64,000 nt of DNA from Pocillopora damicornis (lineage: Eukaryota): the NCBI RefSeq assembly GCF_003704095.1, contig NW_020844515.1, positions 124,001 to 188,000 of the forward strand, written 5' to 3'. Of the stretch, positions 1 through 13,900 are shown piece by piece. Numbering within the stretch: position 1 is the first letter of the stretch; every line of letters begins with the position of its first letter. The translations under genes and the position numbers were made by a program. The notes under the pieces were generated by a model. It saw only the letters and a list, made by a program, of their open reading frames with translations, did not search any database and had not been told where the DNA came from.

Positions 1-1472
1 GCCATTAGAAAATAAAACTTTATCACGGGCAAACCACTTATTATTGCCTGAATCAAATATGATTAACGTGCAAGTTCTTTCACAACCAACCTTTTTAAGG
101 TACCGCTTATTGTTCATCACCGTGCGGGGGCCAGGGGGATGGGGGGAGGGGAGGGGAAGTTTTTTAGTTGTGTTACGTAAAAATTTACCTGATCTCCCAT
201 AAGGCTCTGTGATTCCACCTCATTGGTGGTCAATTTTCTACNNNNNNNNNNNNNNNNNNNNNNCTCCCTTGAACACCATTTGACCTCCCTTAAATCCTCG
301 AACGTCCCCTCCCCCTTCCTCGCCAAGTGAAAAATAATGACTGGTCGTTGAGTAAACCTTCATGAACTCAGATATAATAAAATTCTAACATGTAAAACTG
401 TAACAATTCATAGAAAGAGGTATCTTTTCGTCTTGTCACGAGCGCAGGACAAAGAGAAATGTTCTAGGGAATCGAATCACAGACTTTCTGTAAGTCACAC
501 TCCGTAATAATCTTCGCNNNNNNNNNNACCTGTCGTTCTTTCTAATAAAATTGTCTTTACAAAAAAATCTCGCACTTTGCGTTTGAAAAATTTCGCACTT
601 TGCGATAAAATTGCCGCACTTTGTCATCATTGTTTATGACTGGAATGACAGCTATCATTGGGTTTGCTNNNNNNNNNNTCATCTGCTGTCGAAACTGTTT
701 AAAGTGGGATGAGCACTTAATACAGGTTGACCGGCAAATGACTTGCGTGATTTCGTGCGTAATATTTTTCCGTATAGTCTAAAGAAGAAAGATAATCTAC
801 AATGCGTTGACGACACTTGAACGGAAACTTGATTGCGGAAGATGAACATGGATTAAATTTGACTNNNNNNNNNNNNNNNNNNNNNNNNNNNNNNNNNNNN
901 NNNNNNNNNNNNNNNNNNNNNNNNNNNNNNNNNNNNNNNNNNNNNNNNNNNNNNNNNNNNNNNNNNNNNNNNNNNNNNNNNNNNNNNNNNNNNNNNNNNA
1001 ATTTCGGGACTTTGACCACCGACCGCATAATACAGGGTGACCGCTTAATACGACACCACTTAAAACAGGTTCGACTGTGTTCCAAGTTTATGAATATCAC
1101 AGTGCGATTAGTGATGTTTTGATGTGATTTTAGAGTGCGACAGTTTATTTAATTGCTAAGTGCCAGCGATTGTCTGTTATTTTTGTGCGGCAACTTTTAT
1201 ATTACAGAGTCCGACAGGTACAATATTACTATTTTTGTTAATAGTAAAAAACTTATTTGGGATTATAGTCAAGAGGAAATNNNNNNNNNNNNNNNNNNNN
1301 NNNNNNNNNNNNNNNNNNNNNNNNNNNNNNNNNNNNNNNNNNNNNNNNNNNNNNNNNNNNNNNNNNNNNNNNNNNNNNNNNNNNNNNNNNNNNNNNNNNN
1401 NNNNNNNNNNNNNNNNNNNNNNNNNNNNNNTGACACCATTTTATTGTATCGAATCTTGAATGAGATATAATC

Positions 1473-1601
1473 TTGAATCGTGAAAAAACGAGTGAGAGAT
1501 TTGAGGCCTATACGATTATCATGGCTGCTAAGTTCTGTTCGCAGAAGTTGGAAGAATATAAAAACCTTGTCGTTTATCATGGCGCATTCATGACAACAAT
1601 T
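1473..1601 (+). pseudogene. N-terminal fragment of a class-A GPCR of the same family as 1702-2152, cut by a gap
   Basis: SQKLEEYKNLVVYHGAFMTTI resembles QKVEEYRKLIRHNETFMLVF, which precedes TM1 in the adjacent minus-strand GPCR fragment; ends at a 100-N gap. Confidence 0.4.
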
Positions 1602-1701
1602 NNNNNNNNNNNNNNNNNNNNNNNNNNNNNNNNNNNNNNNNNNNNNNNNNNNNNNNNNNNNNNNNNNNNNNNNNNNNNNNNNNNNNNNNNNNNNNNNNNN
1701 N

Positions 1702-2152
1702 ACGCGGCCAAAGCCAAAACAATCTTTCTTGAAGTTACTAGCTCCTGATATCGGAAGTAGAGAGAAATGGCGAGAAGTCTATCCACTGCAATGCCGGATA
1801 TTGTCAAAAACGANNNNNNNNNNNNNNNNNNNNNNNNNNNNNNNCGTGCGTTTGAAATCGTTGGACAGAGGAAACTGATGTCATAATTTCCATCTTCCGC
1901 CATCTTTAACATAACTGCGTTTATTACACCGAACATTAATTGAGCCAGCAAACTAACAGCGAGATCAGAGACAGCGANNNNNNNNNNTAACTTTCTTAAA
2001 TTGGCTGGAATCGACGATGATTTCCACAAGGCACGGATAACAAGGAGATTCCCAAGAACTGCCACAAGTGGAAATATTAAGTTTAAAACACAAAAAACCA
2101 ACATGAATGTCTCATTATGACGAATGAGCTTTCTGTATTCTTCCACTTTCTG
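1702..2152 (-). CDS. Partial rhodopsin-like (class A) GPCR, TM1-TM4, interrupted by N gaps
   Basis: TM1 VAVLGNLLVI, TM2 AVSDLAV, TM3 IAVDRLLAI and ICL2 RYQELVT in one frame across small gaps; completeness cannot be judged. Confidence 0.75.
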
Positions 2153-3812
2153 NNNNNNNNNNNNNNNNNNNNNNNNNNNNNNNNNNNNNNNNNNNNNNNN
2201 NNNNNNNNNNNNNNNNNNNNNNNNNNNNNNNNNNNNNNNNNNNNNNNNNNNNNNNNNNNNNNNNNNNNNNNNNNNNNNNNNNNNNNNNNNNNNNNNNNNN
2301 NNNNNNNNNNNNNNNNNNNNNNNNNNNNNNNNNNNNNNNNNNNNNNNNNNNNNNNNNNNNNNNNNNNNNNNNNNNNNNNNNNNNNNNNNNNNNNNNNNNN
2401 NNNNNNNNNNNNNNNNNNNNNNNNNNNNNNNNNNNNNNNNNNNNNNNNTGCAGGTGGAAGGAAGAGCGTCTGTTATGCTTAGAGGAAGTTGGCACAACTG
2501 TAAATGATCGGTCATGGAAAACACAAGTATTTGAGATATGGATCGGGACATCAATGACCGTTTTCTTGCCCTGAACTCTATTTTTATTTTNNNNNNNNNN
2601 NNNNNNNNNNNNNNNNNNNNNNNNNNNNNNNNNNNNNNNNNNNNNNNNNNNNNNNNNTCAAACAAATTTAAGCCACTGGAGATCTTAGTTCAACAAATGT
2701 CCTAGATGTATCATTTCTGACTGTCATTGGGTTCATGGTCATGAGTGTGTTGTAAGGACTCTGGTAAATAAAACTCAAAGCTGTCTTGAAAACTTGAACA
2801 GTTTTGAATTCATTACCTNNNNNNNNNNNNNNNNNNNNNNATAGTATGCAAATTTTGGCGATGACATAAATATAGCATGTATTAATTACAGTTATACTTC
2901 CCTTCAATATGTAGATTACGAACAGCCTTCCTTTTTGGCAAAGTCTGACGCGCGAGAAAGAAAANNNNNNNNNNAAAATTGATGCTAACGCCCCGCACTA
3001 AACTCCGGGACTTTTCGTATTTCACGCTTCCAGAAATCCGCGGAGAAGGATGGAAAATAGCTGGCACGAAATCGTTGCTTCGAGTAGCTGCCAAATTCGA
3101 ACAAGATGGTGTNNNNNNNNNNAATTCAGAAGCAATCAGGCAAAATTTGTTATCACGATAGCCGATGTTACACTGGCCACAATTATACGTCATTAAGGCA
3201 CATTTTCCGGATCAGAAATCCTTTCATTAATGTTTTAACAAGGCTTGAGGCAAAGTAGAAGTTGATCTTAGTTGATCTGAAAATACCCGGTAAATAATCG
3301 TAAGTGTGCACATCGTTAATTAATCCATGGTTCTCGTAGATGAGTGAATTCTGTTCGCGGCCCAAAAGAATTAGATACCCGCAAAAAGCTTTCAACTTAC
3401 TTTGAAATAATAGCCAAACGCACAGCTTGTGTTCGGATCTAATCAAGTACTGTCAATTCATTATCAATGCCTTTGACGCAAATGGTTGATTCAATCGATG
3501 GTTACTTAAGCTTTGCATATTTTGCAAATCATGGTGTTCGGGGCAAGAAACATTTCACCTTCGACTTTAAATCATAGAAAACCTCAAAATTATGATAAAC
3601 GGGGTATTTCAGATTTATTTGTTTTTCTTTNNNNNNNNNNCACTTTCAGCTGAGCGTTTGCAGCGCAAAATTTTGGCGGTAGAAAGATCCTTTTGGTTGA
3701 AGAGGAAAACAAGTAGNNNNNNNNNNTGCACATAACTGGCATATGCAAAACTTGGCAGCCATCAGTCTAACAAAAGACATTTTGTTTTATCTTGAAAGCC
3801 TTTCTAAAGATG

Positions 3813-3974
3813 AGGGTCTCGATGGGGTTAACCAGTTGCNNNNNNNNNNTAGCCGTAAAATTTAGCACATTTTTACCGTTGGTGGAAAAAAATTAACTGT
3901 AGAATTTTTTTCAGTGGTAAAACGGCCAAAATATCAACCGTAAGCCGTCGATGCAAACACCCCATCGAGACCCT
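3813..3974. mobile_element. Small MITE with 16-bp perfect terminal inverted repeats
   Basis: AGGGTCTCGATGGGGT at 3813 and ACCCCATCGAGACCCT ending at 3974; a 10-N gap lies inside. Confidence 0.6.
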
Positions 3975-4905
3975 GGTACATGGAAAGGAGCCAAGAGAAA
4001 ATTAAAGAACGTTATTTTCTCTGGCTGGAACNNNNNNNNNNGATATGGATTCGCATTTTTTTTCTTTTACATAACAGAAATGTTGTAACACCACAGACCA
4101 TCAAGAAGTTTAAGATCTTTATCTAAGAGGCTACTGGTACCTGAAATCTTTACTTCAACTTAACTTTGATGTTCACGTTAGAATCACATGTTTCAGTAAA
4201 CTAGGTCCCTATTGCCTAGCTATCTTTCAACACTCGACAAAAGGGGACACACTTTTCTAGTCAGATTCATGAAAAACTGGAACAGCCTGGAAACAACGCT
4301 AAAGAAATCAAAACATAGATTTTCAAAGAGAACGATTTATAGTCAGCTGGAAAAACTAAAAGAATCCCTGAGTTTTAGCGCGTTACCTCGATCAAGATAA
4401 TTAAACTACAATTAGACTTCCTATTTATTTAAAAACACGTCACCAATTTTAAATTCTATATAATACTGAGGTTTCATACGATAATNNNNNNNNNNNNNNN
4501 NNNNNNNNNNNNNNNNNNNNNNNNNNNNNNNNNNNNNNNNNNNNNNNNNNNNNNNNNNNNNNNNNNNNNNNNNNNNNNNNNNNNNNNNNNNNNNNNNNNN
4601 NNNNNNNNNNNNNNNNTTTGTTATTTTTGGAGGGCAACAGGATCACCAGCTTGCTGTTCATCACCACGAACGATTAGAAACTTCAATTCACCATTTTGAG
4701 AAGTATATTGCATATGTTTGTAAAAGTGACTTGAATAATAACTTTTCTTGGTGCTATGTTGGTNNNNNNNNNNNNNNNNNNNNNNNNNNNNNNNNNNNNN
4801 NNNNNNNNNNNNNNNNNNNNNNNNNNNNNNNNNNNNNNNNNNNNNNNNNNNNNNNNNNNNNNNAATTTTCTAATTTTACCTCTCAATAAATAAAGCGATG
4901 AGATG

Positions 4906-7900
4906 TTAAGAGAATCTGTCAAGAGGACTAAGTTTAATACTAGAAAGGTCGATTGCGCATGTTTGTAATGGCAATTTTTATCTGATAGCTATCTGTGTAA
5001 CCTTTAATTATAGTCACCGAACATCATTCAAACATTACACCGGTAACTTACCGTGACAAGTTGGAGAGGATTGCGTTACAAACACCCTTAACGTCTGGGG
5101 ACTTTTTAGCTAACGCACTCCCCTGGATTCGCGTCACTCCTTCCTTGAGCTGATCTATCCGTAATACTGCTGCAGCCTAAAAGAAACGAGATACAATTTA
5201 CCTCTAATCACAATATGAGAACTTCACAACGAGCTACATGTGAAAGTCAACCTTCTCCATCCTAAGCCATCTTTCTTCCATTTTGATTCTTTACTATCGT
5301 TTATCAAGTTTACTGAATGAATATTCTGTATTCTCCTTCAAGTTACAAAGAGTTTCGCATGACACGCAGTTGCTCGAAAAATCAAGAGGTAAACAAAGAG
5401 GAAAGAGGAAACTATTTTCACAATCGCTTCACAAATCAAGAAAACTCCAACATTGAATTTATCCAGCTTTCACTTTGCCAAAACACCATGAACATCCTAC
5501 CTCTTCCGTATTTTTTACTTCATTGATGAACTTTGTGGTGAGTTTAAGAATTTCCCGAAGATGTCTTATCTTCACATCTGAATCGGATTCAGCGACCTTG
5601 GTCATTACCTTGGAAAGAGAATAAAGTAGTTTTCAACAGTTGACATAAAATAACGCCAACTAATGGTGTTGTTAAATAGTACAGTTAAATAAACTGTACT
5701 TCTTCATACAATGTGACAATTCACTCTGAGTAAGATCACCAGCGATCAAACTTGGAACCACTCAGAGTTACTACTTTAACACAGCACGAAAAGCAAAAAG
5801 TTTTCTTGGTAGTTATTAACAGTAAATGGTTTGAACCGGGGAAAAACATGTGATTGTGTAGTCTGATTGTCCGATTGTCCGATTGATTATTGTCCTGAGC
5901 AGGATTGTTATCAGGTAGTGGTAGCAAAAGTTTCGAAAGCCGTAAAGAAACTNNNNNNNNNNNNNNNNNNNNNNNNNNNNNNNNNNNNNNNNNNNNNNNN
6001 NNNNNNNNNNNNNNNNNNNNNNNNNNNNNNNNNNNNNNNNNNNNNNNNNNNNCAGTTGACATAAAATAACGCCAACTAATGGTGTTATGCATGCGGCCAC
6101 TTCCACTATTAAATAAACTGCACTTCTTCATACAATGTGACAATTCACTCTGAGTAAGATCACCGGCGATCAAACTTGGAACCACTCAGAGTTACTACTT
6201 TAAAAAAGCACGAAAAGAAAAAAGTTTTCTTGGTAGTTACTAACAGTAAATGGTTTGAACCGGGGAAAAACATGTGATTATGTAGTCTGATTGTCCGATT
6301 GATTATAGTCCTGAGCAGGATTGTTATCAGGTAGTAGTAACAAAAGTTTCGAAAGCCGTAAAGAAATTCAAATTCAAGCTACAGTGAGTCCCTTGACTAA
6401 GACGATAACCTCCGCTCGAGTTGTCGAAAAGTCAGTCANNNNNNNNNNNNNNNNNNNNNNNNNNNNNNNNNNNNNNNNNNNNNNNNNNNNNNNNNNNNNN
6501 NNNNNNNNNNNNNNNNNNNNNNNNNNNNNNNNNNNNNNNNNNNNNNNNNNNNNNNNNNNNNNNNNNNNNNNNNNNNNNNNNNNNNNNNNNNNNNNNNNNN
6601 NNNNNNNNNNNNNNNNNNNNNNNNNNNNNNNNNNNNNNNNNNNNNNNNNNNNNNNNNNNNNNNNNNNNNNNNNNNNNNNNNNNNNNNNNNNNNNNNNNNN
6701 NNNNNNNNNNNNNNNNNNNNNNNNNNNNNNNNNNNNNNNNNNNNNNNNNNNNNNNNNNNNNNNNNNNNNNNNNNNNNNNNNNNNNNNNNNNNNNNNNNNN
6801 NNNNNNNNNNNNNNNNNNNNNNNNNNNNNNNNNNNNNNNNNNNNNNNNNNNNNNNNNNNNNTTGTACGATCTGGATAATAAACTACAAAGGCTAAACACA
6901 AGGAATACAACAGTTAATATTTGATATTATTAAGTACCTACCTTTCTGAAATTGTTAACTGCAGTTTTAAGGTATTCAACTAAATCTGCAGCTAAATGCC
7001 ATTAATTTTCCTCAATGCATGAATGTCATTAAAAAATGAACAAATTTATGGTAGAAATGAGAAATAAGAAATAAAACGGACCCACTATTTTATGAGCTAG
7101 GACTTTCAGCTACACTCAAAATATTTCTCCTGTGAATTTCCTCGAAATACTTTACCATAGCAAATTTGGCGGATAAGGAAGAGTTCTGTAGCAATATAGA
7201 ATGAAATATGTANNNNNNNNNNNNNNNNNNNNNNNNNNNNNNNNNNNNNNNNNNNNNNNNNNNNNNNNNNNNNNNNNNNNNNNNNNNNNNNNNNNNNNNN
7301 NNNNNNNNNNNNNNNNNNNNNNNNNNNNNNNNNNNNNNNNNNNNNNNNNNNNNNNNNNNNNNNNNNNNNNNNNNNNNNNNNNNNNNNNNNNNNNNNNNNN
7401 NNNNNNNNNNNNNNNNNNNNNNNNNNNNNNNNNNNNNNNNNNNNNNNNNNNNNNNNNNNNNNNNNNNNNNNNNNNNNNNNNNNNNNNNNNNNNNNNNNNN
7501 NNNNNNNNNNNNNNNNNNNNNNNNNNNNNNNNNNNNNNNNNNNNNNNNNNNNNNNNNNNNNNNNNNNNNNNNNNNNNNNNNNNNCGCAACGATGCTTAAA
7601 ATGGTGGCAAGTGAAAACCACAATTTCGATGTCTTTTGCCCCAGTATTTTCACATTTCATCATTTCTCTGCGTTTCTGCTGGCTTCAGCCCCATTTTTTA
7701 CTGTAACCACCATGGCTTTGGATCGATTTCTTGCAATTTACCTCCTTTTGCGATATCATGAGCTGGTCACATCTAACCGCGTAACTGCAGTTTTGGCCGT
7801 NNNNNNNNNNNNNNNNNNNNNNNNNNNNNNNNNNNNNNNNNNNNNNNNNNNNNNNNNNNNNNNNNNNNNNNNNNNNNNNNNNNNNNNNNNNNNNNNNNNN

Positions 7901-10900
7901 ATTATTAAGTACCTACCTTTCTGAAATTGTTAACTGCAGTTTCAAGGTATTCAACTAAATCTGCAGCTAAATGCCATCCAAGATGCTGAAATCGAGTAGG
8001 AAACAGAAGATTCTTAGTATTTCTGATTAAATTGTGACAAAAAATAATAGTACAAAATGCAATACTCCAACCCATTCTCCAACTATGGACAACGCAAGGT
8101 CTGCATTTGGAGTAATTCAATCATTCTTAACAATAAAAGTAGTTAGCTACCAGTTAGTTCAATTCTTCAAACTATGCTTTCCAGACATTACGGCACATAC
8201 CGGTGTCAAGAAAAAAAGCAAAAAAGCAAAGAAAATCTTGGAGAGAAAGATGTCTGCCTTTTCTCAAGTTTTCTAGATTGGTGTCTGCCGTAAAGCATAG
8301 GAAGTTTATAAATCCTCGTTTTTAGGCTAATTCTTGCATCTCACCGGGAATCGCTTTATCAGTTCTGTGAATAGCACTGGATGAAGGTGTGTACTCCTAC
8401 AGAATGAAAACGCAGAATGTAAACTGGAAACTATAGTTAAATAAGCTCAGAAGCAAATCTGACCCGTTTAGTGTCAAACACAAAGATTATCGTCGTTTTC
8501 GTAGTAAAACTTAAGAGATCTAGACAAAAGAGTACTTAAAAATTAAAGTGAAGCTTCACTGGCGAAGCTTGGAAAACAGAAGTTACCCCCTATGAGTCCT
8601 CGTTGACGAAGTCAGACCCCTAAAATTACCAATGCGCATACACTACGCACCTCTTTAACATGAAGTCTTCCAGAGCTTTCTTAAATGCCGCTGTCACCCT
8701 TTTAGTGTTCAACAAGCACAGCTGTAAGGAGGAAATGGTAAAGAGTACCTCAAAACAACACTTGCTCTACTCGACCGTGATACAAACCCCTTGTTTAATT
8801 AAGAGCGCTTTCCGATTGGGTATCGGGGTAATCACAACGGCAACTTAAAGAAAGAAAAATACCCCTGAGAGCCAATGAAGAGCCAACTGTCAAAAGCGCG
8901 CGAAAACGCCGGTGATCAAGTCGTGAATGATTAAGTTTTGCATTTGATCGTTTGAGAGAGTGGCGCAAGTTGTTTTGGACCAATTATAAAACGAAGTAAA
9001 GCAAAACCAATGCAACCCTGTAATTATTCGGAAACTATTGACAACTTTTGTGTCACAGTATGGTAGGCTTTAAAATGATATGGAAGGAAACGATTTTACG
9101 GTCTTCAACACATACAAACATACCTTTTTAATCTTCAAGAAGCATAGGCTGAATGGAGCAGTAAAACAACAACAGCAACACTACATGACTTCTCATTTCT
9201 TTTACTTACTTTCGCCGTTTCCTCGTGACAACTTTCCTCTTTTTTCTTCATTCCAACTGCGACAGACTGCTTCGTCTGCGAGCCTCTCAATACACGAACC
9301 TAAACAAAAACAATTGAACATAGGATCGTAAAAGGCAAGACTTCGAAATGTGTGTTTATGTCGTATATTGTTCTCTTAACTTTCAATTCATAAATAGATA
9401 AATAAAAGTTGTAAAAAACATCGATAGACACTTCTTACCAAATATAAACAACCACGCGTTATCAGTGAGACAATCGCCATCGAGGGAGCTATAAAGATAA
9501 AATCATCAAAATTCACACAATAAGCCCATACAAGTCCCCATTTAGGTTAAATATTTCATTTTGGTTTCAGTACATTCTAGACAAGTGACGAGAATAGAAA
9601 ACGTAACAACTTAGGGCTGTATTCTTAATAAAATGTCTGGAAAAAATGCCAGGAAGCAGAAAAGCGGCAAAAATGTTAAATATAAATCGAGTAAATTGTA
9701 AATGCCTCACCCATCATTGCTTTCTGAATCAGATTTTCAAGCTTTTTGTGAACGTCTTTGGCGTTGATAGCCGAGACCGGTGGAAGCTATAACATAAAAA
9801 TGCATCAAATGATTTCGGCATCTGCAGTGTTACATATGGGAAGTAGCTTTGAACCACAGAAAAATCACGAGTACATTAGAAAACTGAAATGAACTACCAT
9901 GTCGTTCATGATTATTTATCTTATTCCAATATCAAACTAGTAACGCTACTTTGCGAAGATGACCCAGTGTAGTTTCAGGCAAACTGGAATTTCTTGTTTC
10001 TCTGATTTTTTTTTAATCTTCTTTCGTTTTTTCATCACTTCCTCTGATCGCATCTTTAGTCGACTGGCAAAATAACTCAATTCAAATAAAAAGAGCATAA
10101 GTTTTGGAGAGCTTTTCTTAATTTCCATAGCTATTCCGTAAGAATATAGGAAAAAGTTTAGAACGTCGTAATCAAAAATTCCTGCTCGTCCGAGAATTAT
10201 ATTTATTAAATGGGTAAAAAATTCATTCTTTACAAACTTACAAACATGTTACATTAAGATCCTACATGTTTGAAAAATGTACCTGTAATGATTTTAACCT
10301 TCTGTGAGTTTCTGCTATCACCTAAATATTTACCTCTTTTGCCGTGCATAACTTGTTTTGAAAGAGTGCTTGAGCCTTTTCGCCCAATGTATGGAAATCC
10401 TTAGAGTTCAGTGCAGACCAAGTCACATTCAACAGAGGAATAATCAACTCCTGCAAGGAAATACATCGTAAAACATCAACGTGATTTCATGCGTTCCACA
10501 CAGATAACTCAGTAAAACGTCCCGTCTCCGAAAGGAAGATTATGAGCTAAAACATCCTAAGAAAACCACCATGCACACGTTACAAGAATTAATCGTGAAT
10601 TAAATAGAAAAAGAGGGATGTGAATAGTTGATGAATTTTCCTGAATGTTTAGCCACAGAAAAATACACTCAAGAGATCTAGTTACAAAATCTGCGGAAAT
10701 TGAGGCCACTCGCTTCCTTCATATTATGGATGAGCACCACGACAGCTGTCCGTGCAATAAGGAAACCTTCAAGAACCTTCACGTTCAGTATTACACAAAG
10801 AGCTTCAAATTGACAAGATGTTTGGGGTGTACGTAACACATAAGAAGTTCGGAATTTTTTCAAACTCTTAAAACTGCTTGAAAAATACTCGTAATGTCAC

Positions 10901-13900
10901 TTTAAAATTTTCTTAATATAGTACACTTATTCGGGGAAAAAATGGCATTCCAGTAGAGGGAAAGTTTTAAGTTCAACTTACGAGTATCAGTGGATTGGAG
11001 GCTTGTTTCTTGATGAGTATCTCTATAATATCTAGCACCCTTGAAAAGAGTATAAAACGAAATAAACAAGTTTATCCAAACCTGATAAACCTAAAGAAAG
11101 ATTAAGTACAATGTAAAAGAAAACGGATCTCTAAAGACCGAACTTTACCTCAGTTTAAAATGGAGAATGATCTTTCTGGCATCTGCTCAAAATCCAAAAA
11201 TAAAAATAGAAGCGAGATTAGGTGCCCAATAACTATAAGAGAGGAGTAAGCCACGAAACTCACCTCTTCCACGCTAAAATATTTTGTGTAAATTAAGGGT
11301 TAACTTAATTTGTTCCTGTAACACTCTAAAGGAACAAAACTCTGAGCTTTCGACTCCGCTAGAATCTTGTTCTCCGCAAAATGATTAGTTCAATCGACAG
11401 AAGTGACTTAGTCTTGTGACCTAACCGGACTAATTCTTTCTTTCCCCGTCTCTCATTAAGGCCGGTTAAGTATTAAGATGAGGAGGTAAGTGACCTATGT
11501 ATGGCAAAAGCTAGTGGTATTTACCAAAATTAAAAAAGGTACGGCCCTTAAAAAGAATAGGCAACTTCTCATAATGATTTTATAGACATTAAGAAGACTC
11601 TTTAATCAAACAATGGGTTAAGGGATAAACGCGCGAGCTATTAAAACATTTTAAATGGCATGGCCCACTAAACAGTAAGCGACTTGGACACAAAACGTCA
11701 CCTTTCTTTTTGTTTATGTCCCTTTTGGCCTGCAACTGAGATTTGAAAACAGCGGCGAGGGCGCCATCGAGTCTCATCATCGCTTCATCGTCTAAGTCTT
11801 CATCACTGCTACTTCCCTACAAAAGAAAAATTACCATTTCCATCTTAGGCAACTACGTGTATACAGGGATACTCTCCGTGTGGATCACATCGGAACTTTC
11901 TTTAGGTCCCTTTTTATCACGGAGATATACATGCATGCCTGGGGTCGAAATACTGTAGATCTTGACCGAAATTTAGCTAAAAAACGAAGTCAGTAAATGA
12001 ATATCCGCTCAATGCTTTCCATCTTTTCTTCCTTATGTTTTTTGTTTTTGTTTTTGTTTTCCTCCCATTACTGGATAATCTGTCGTTCGAACTTGTTCAT
12101 TGATATAAAAACATGGTTTTATAGTAATCTAATACTCGCTGATAACTTTTTTGGGAAATGTTTAACAGTTATAGCTGATTCATCAGTAACCTGATAAGAT
12201 TTTGAAGCTATAAGGGAAAAGTCTCTAAATTTTAAGCGACAACATTCCGAAAATATCAGTTTGTATCAATAGTAGCCTCGAAGTCAAAACCTCAGAATCC
12301 TATTTCCAGCGAAACACTACTGCAGGGAAAACTATTGCACGTAATACAGTTAAAGGTGAAAAAGTACCTAATTTCTTTTACTCCTTCTCGCGATTAAATC
12401 CAAAGGATCTGAGTGTCGAAATTCAATCCGCCAACTTCTGAGCTGGTGACTAAAGCACGAGTTCACCCTATGCGAGTATTGGGAGCCAGTTGGCGAGAAA
12501 ATGTTACATAAACAAGAACTGTTTACACACTATCAATACAGCATTCTTTCTCGCGATTCTGTCATAACAAACCTCCTTGTCCACGTCCACCATGGCTGGG
12601 CCGAGGGCAGCTTGTACCTCAGCTCTAAAAGCTTCGTCCACTGCACCAACATTTTCCTCTTCCTCATCTGAGCTGCTAACACCCTCGTCATCATCGTCAT
12701 CGCCACTTTCACCTTTACCGTTTACGCCATTTGACTCTTCCTAAAACAGCCCAGTGAATTTCAACACAAGATAAAACACCACACTTTCTCGTCGTTCATG
12801 TTATCATCGTCGTATTTGCTTTTAAAGCAATTTTCAATTGAAAGTCGAAGTAATCTGAGGTTGCATTGGTTTTCCTTTACTTCGCTCTGTGATTGGTCCA
12901 GGAAACTCGCGCCACTTTCTCAACCAATCGAATGATAATTTAAAACCAATCACGACTTGGTCGCCCGCGTTTTCCCGCGCTTTAGGCGAATTGTTTGTTT
13001 TTACTTTGAGTTCTCATTGGCTCTTAAAGGTATTTTCGTTTCTTCTGATTGGCTGACGTGGTTACCTTGGTGTTAGCTTTACGACACTAAATGGAAAAGT
13101 GCTTTATAATTGCCGTACTTTTTTCTTTTGCTTGAGTATTGTCTTTCTTGATATATCTTTAAGCCGCCATCAAATTCTTATAAAGTGTGAAAATTAAGTA
13201 ATTTCATATTTGGTCATGTCACCTTTTCTTTTTCTTCATCGTCCTCCATTTCTTCATCATCCTCTTCGTTATCTGGAAAATAAAATACAAGTATATATAG
13301 TAGTTCTAAAATAAATAATTTACTACACTGACCAAAATTGAAACAGCTTCTGCTCGTTAGTTACTTTTGGAACTTTTGCCATACAGATAAATAATTAAGT
13401 TGGATCAGCACGCCAAAATTATTTCAGTTGTCAGCATTGCCACGCGTTTACCTTAAAGGAGAGGCCGAAAAGGGGAAGAAAATACAACGCAAGAATAAAA
13501 TTATGAAATAATAAGTTTCATAATTTAATATGTACTCACCTGATTCATCGACAATCTCTAAACTTTCACCATTAATTCCTTTTCTAGTATCCAGGCTCTA
13601 AAGCAACAACAGTAACAAAATAGTTACATTAAAGCAACGATCATATTGAGATCAGTTCAACGTTTCACGCTTGTGATACAAGGGGATTATTTTCATAAGG
13701 TCTCCTCAAGCAAAATAAATACTGAAACAACTAAAGATGTTTATCGTCCTAACAAGAGCGTGAGACAAAGAAATATTCTGAGTCCTTCCCAGGAGAAATC
13801 GGAACCCAAACCGTCGGATTCCGCGCTCCGAAGCTTTACCCCTGAGCTACAGAGAACTCCATGAGGAGCTAGGTCATAACTAGATTCATACGTGACACGT

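Noticed and set aside
7090-7212. Degenerate GPCR TM7 (NSSL...) or a missing MYBBP1A exon
   Set aside because: Would need frameshifts, is bounded by a gap, and the similarity is too weak to call
6321-7663. Long ORFs in the track made mostly of X
   Set aside because: Artefacts of translating through N gaps
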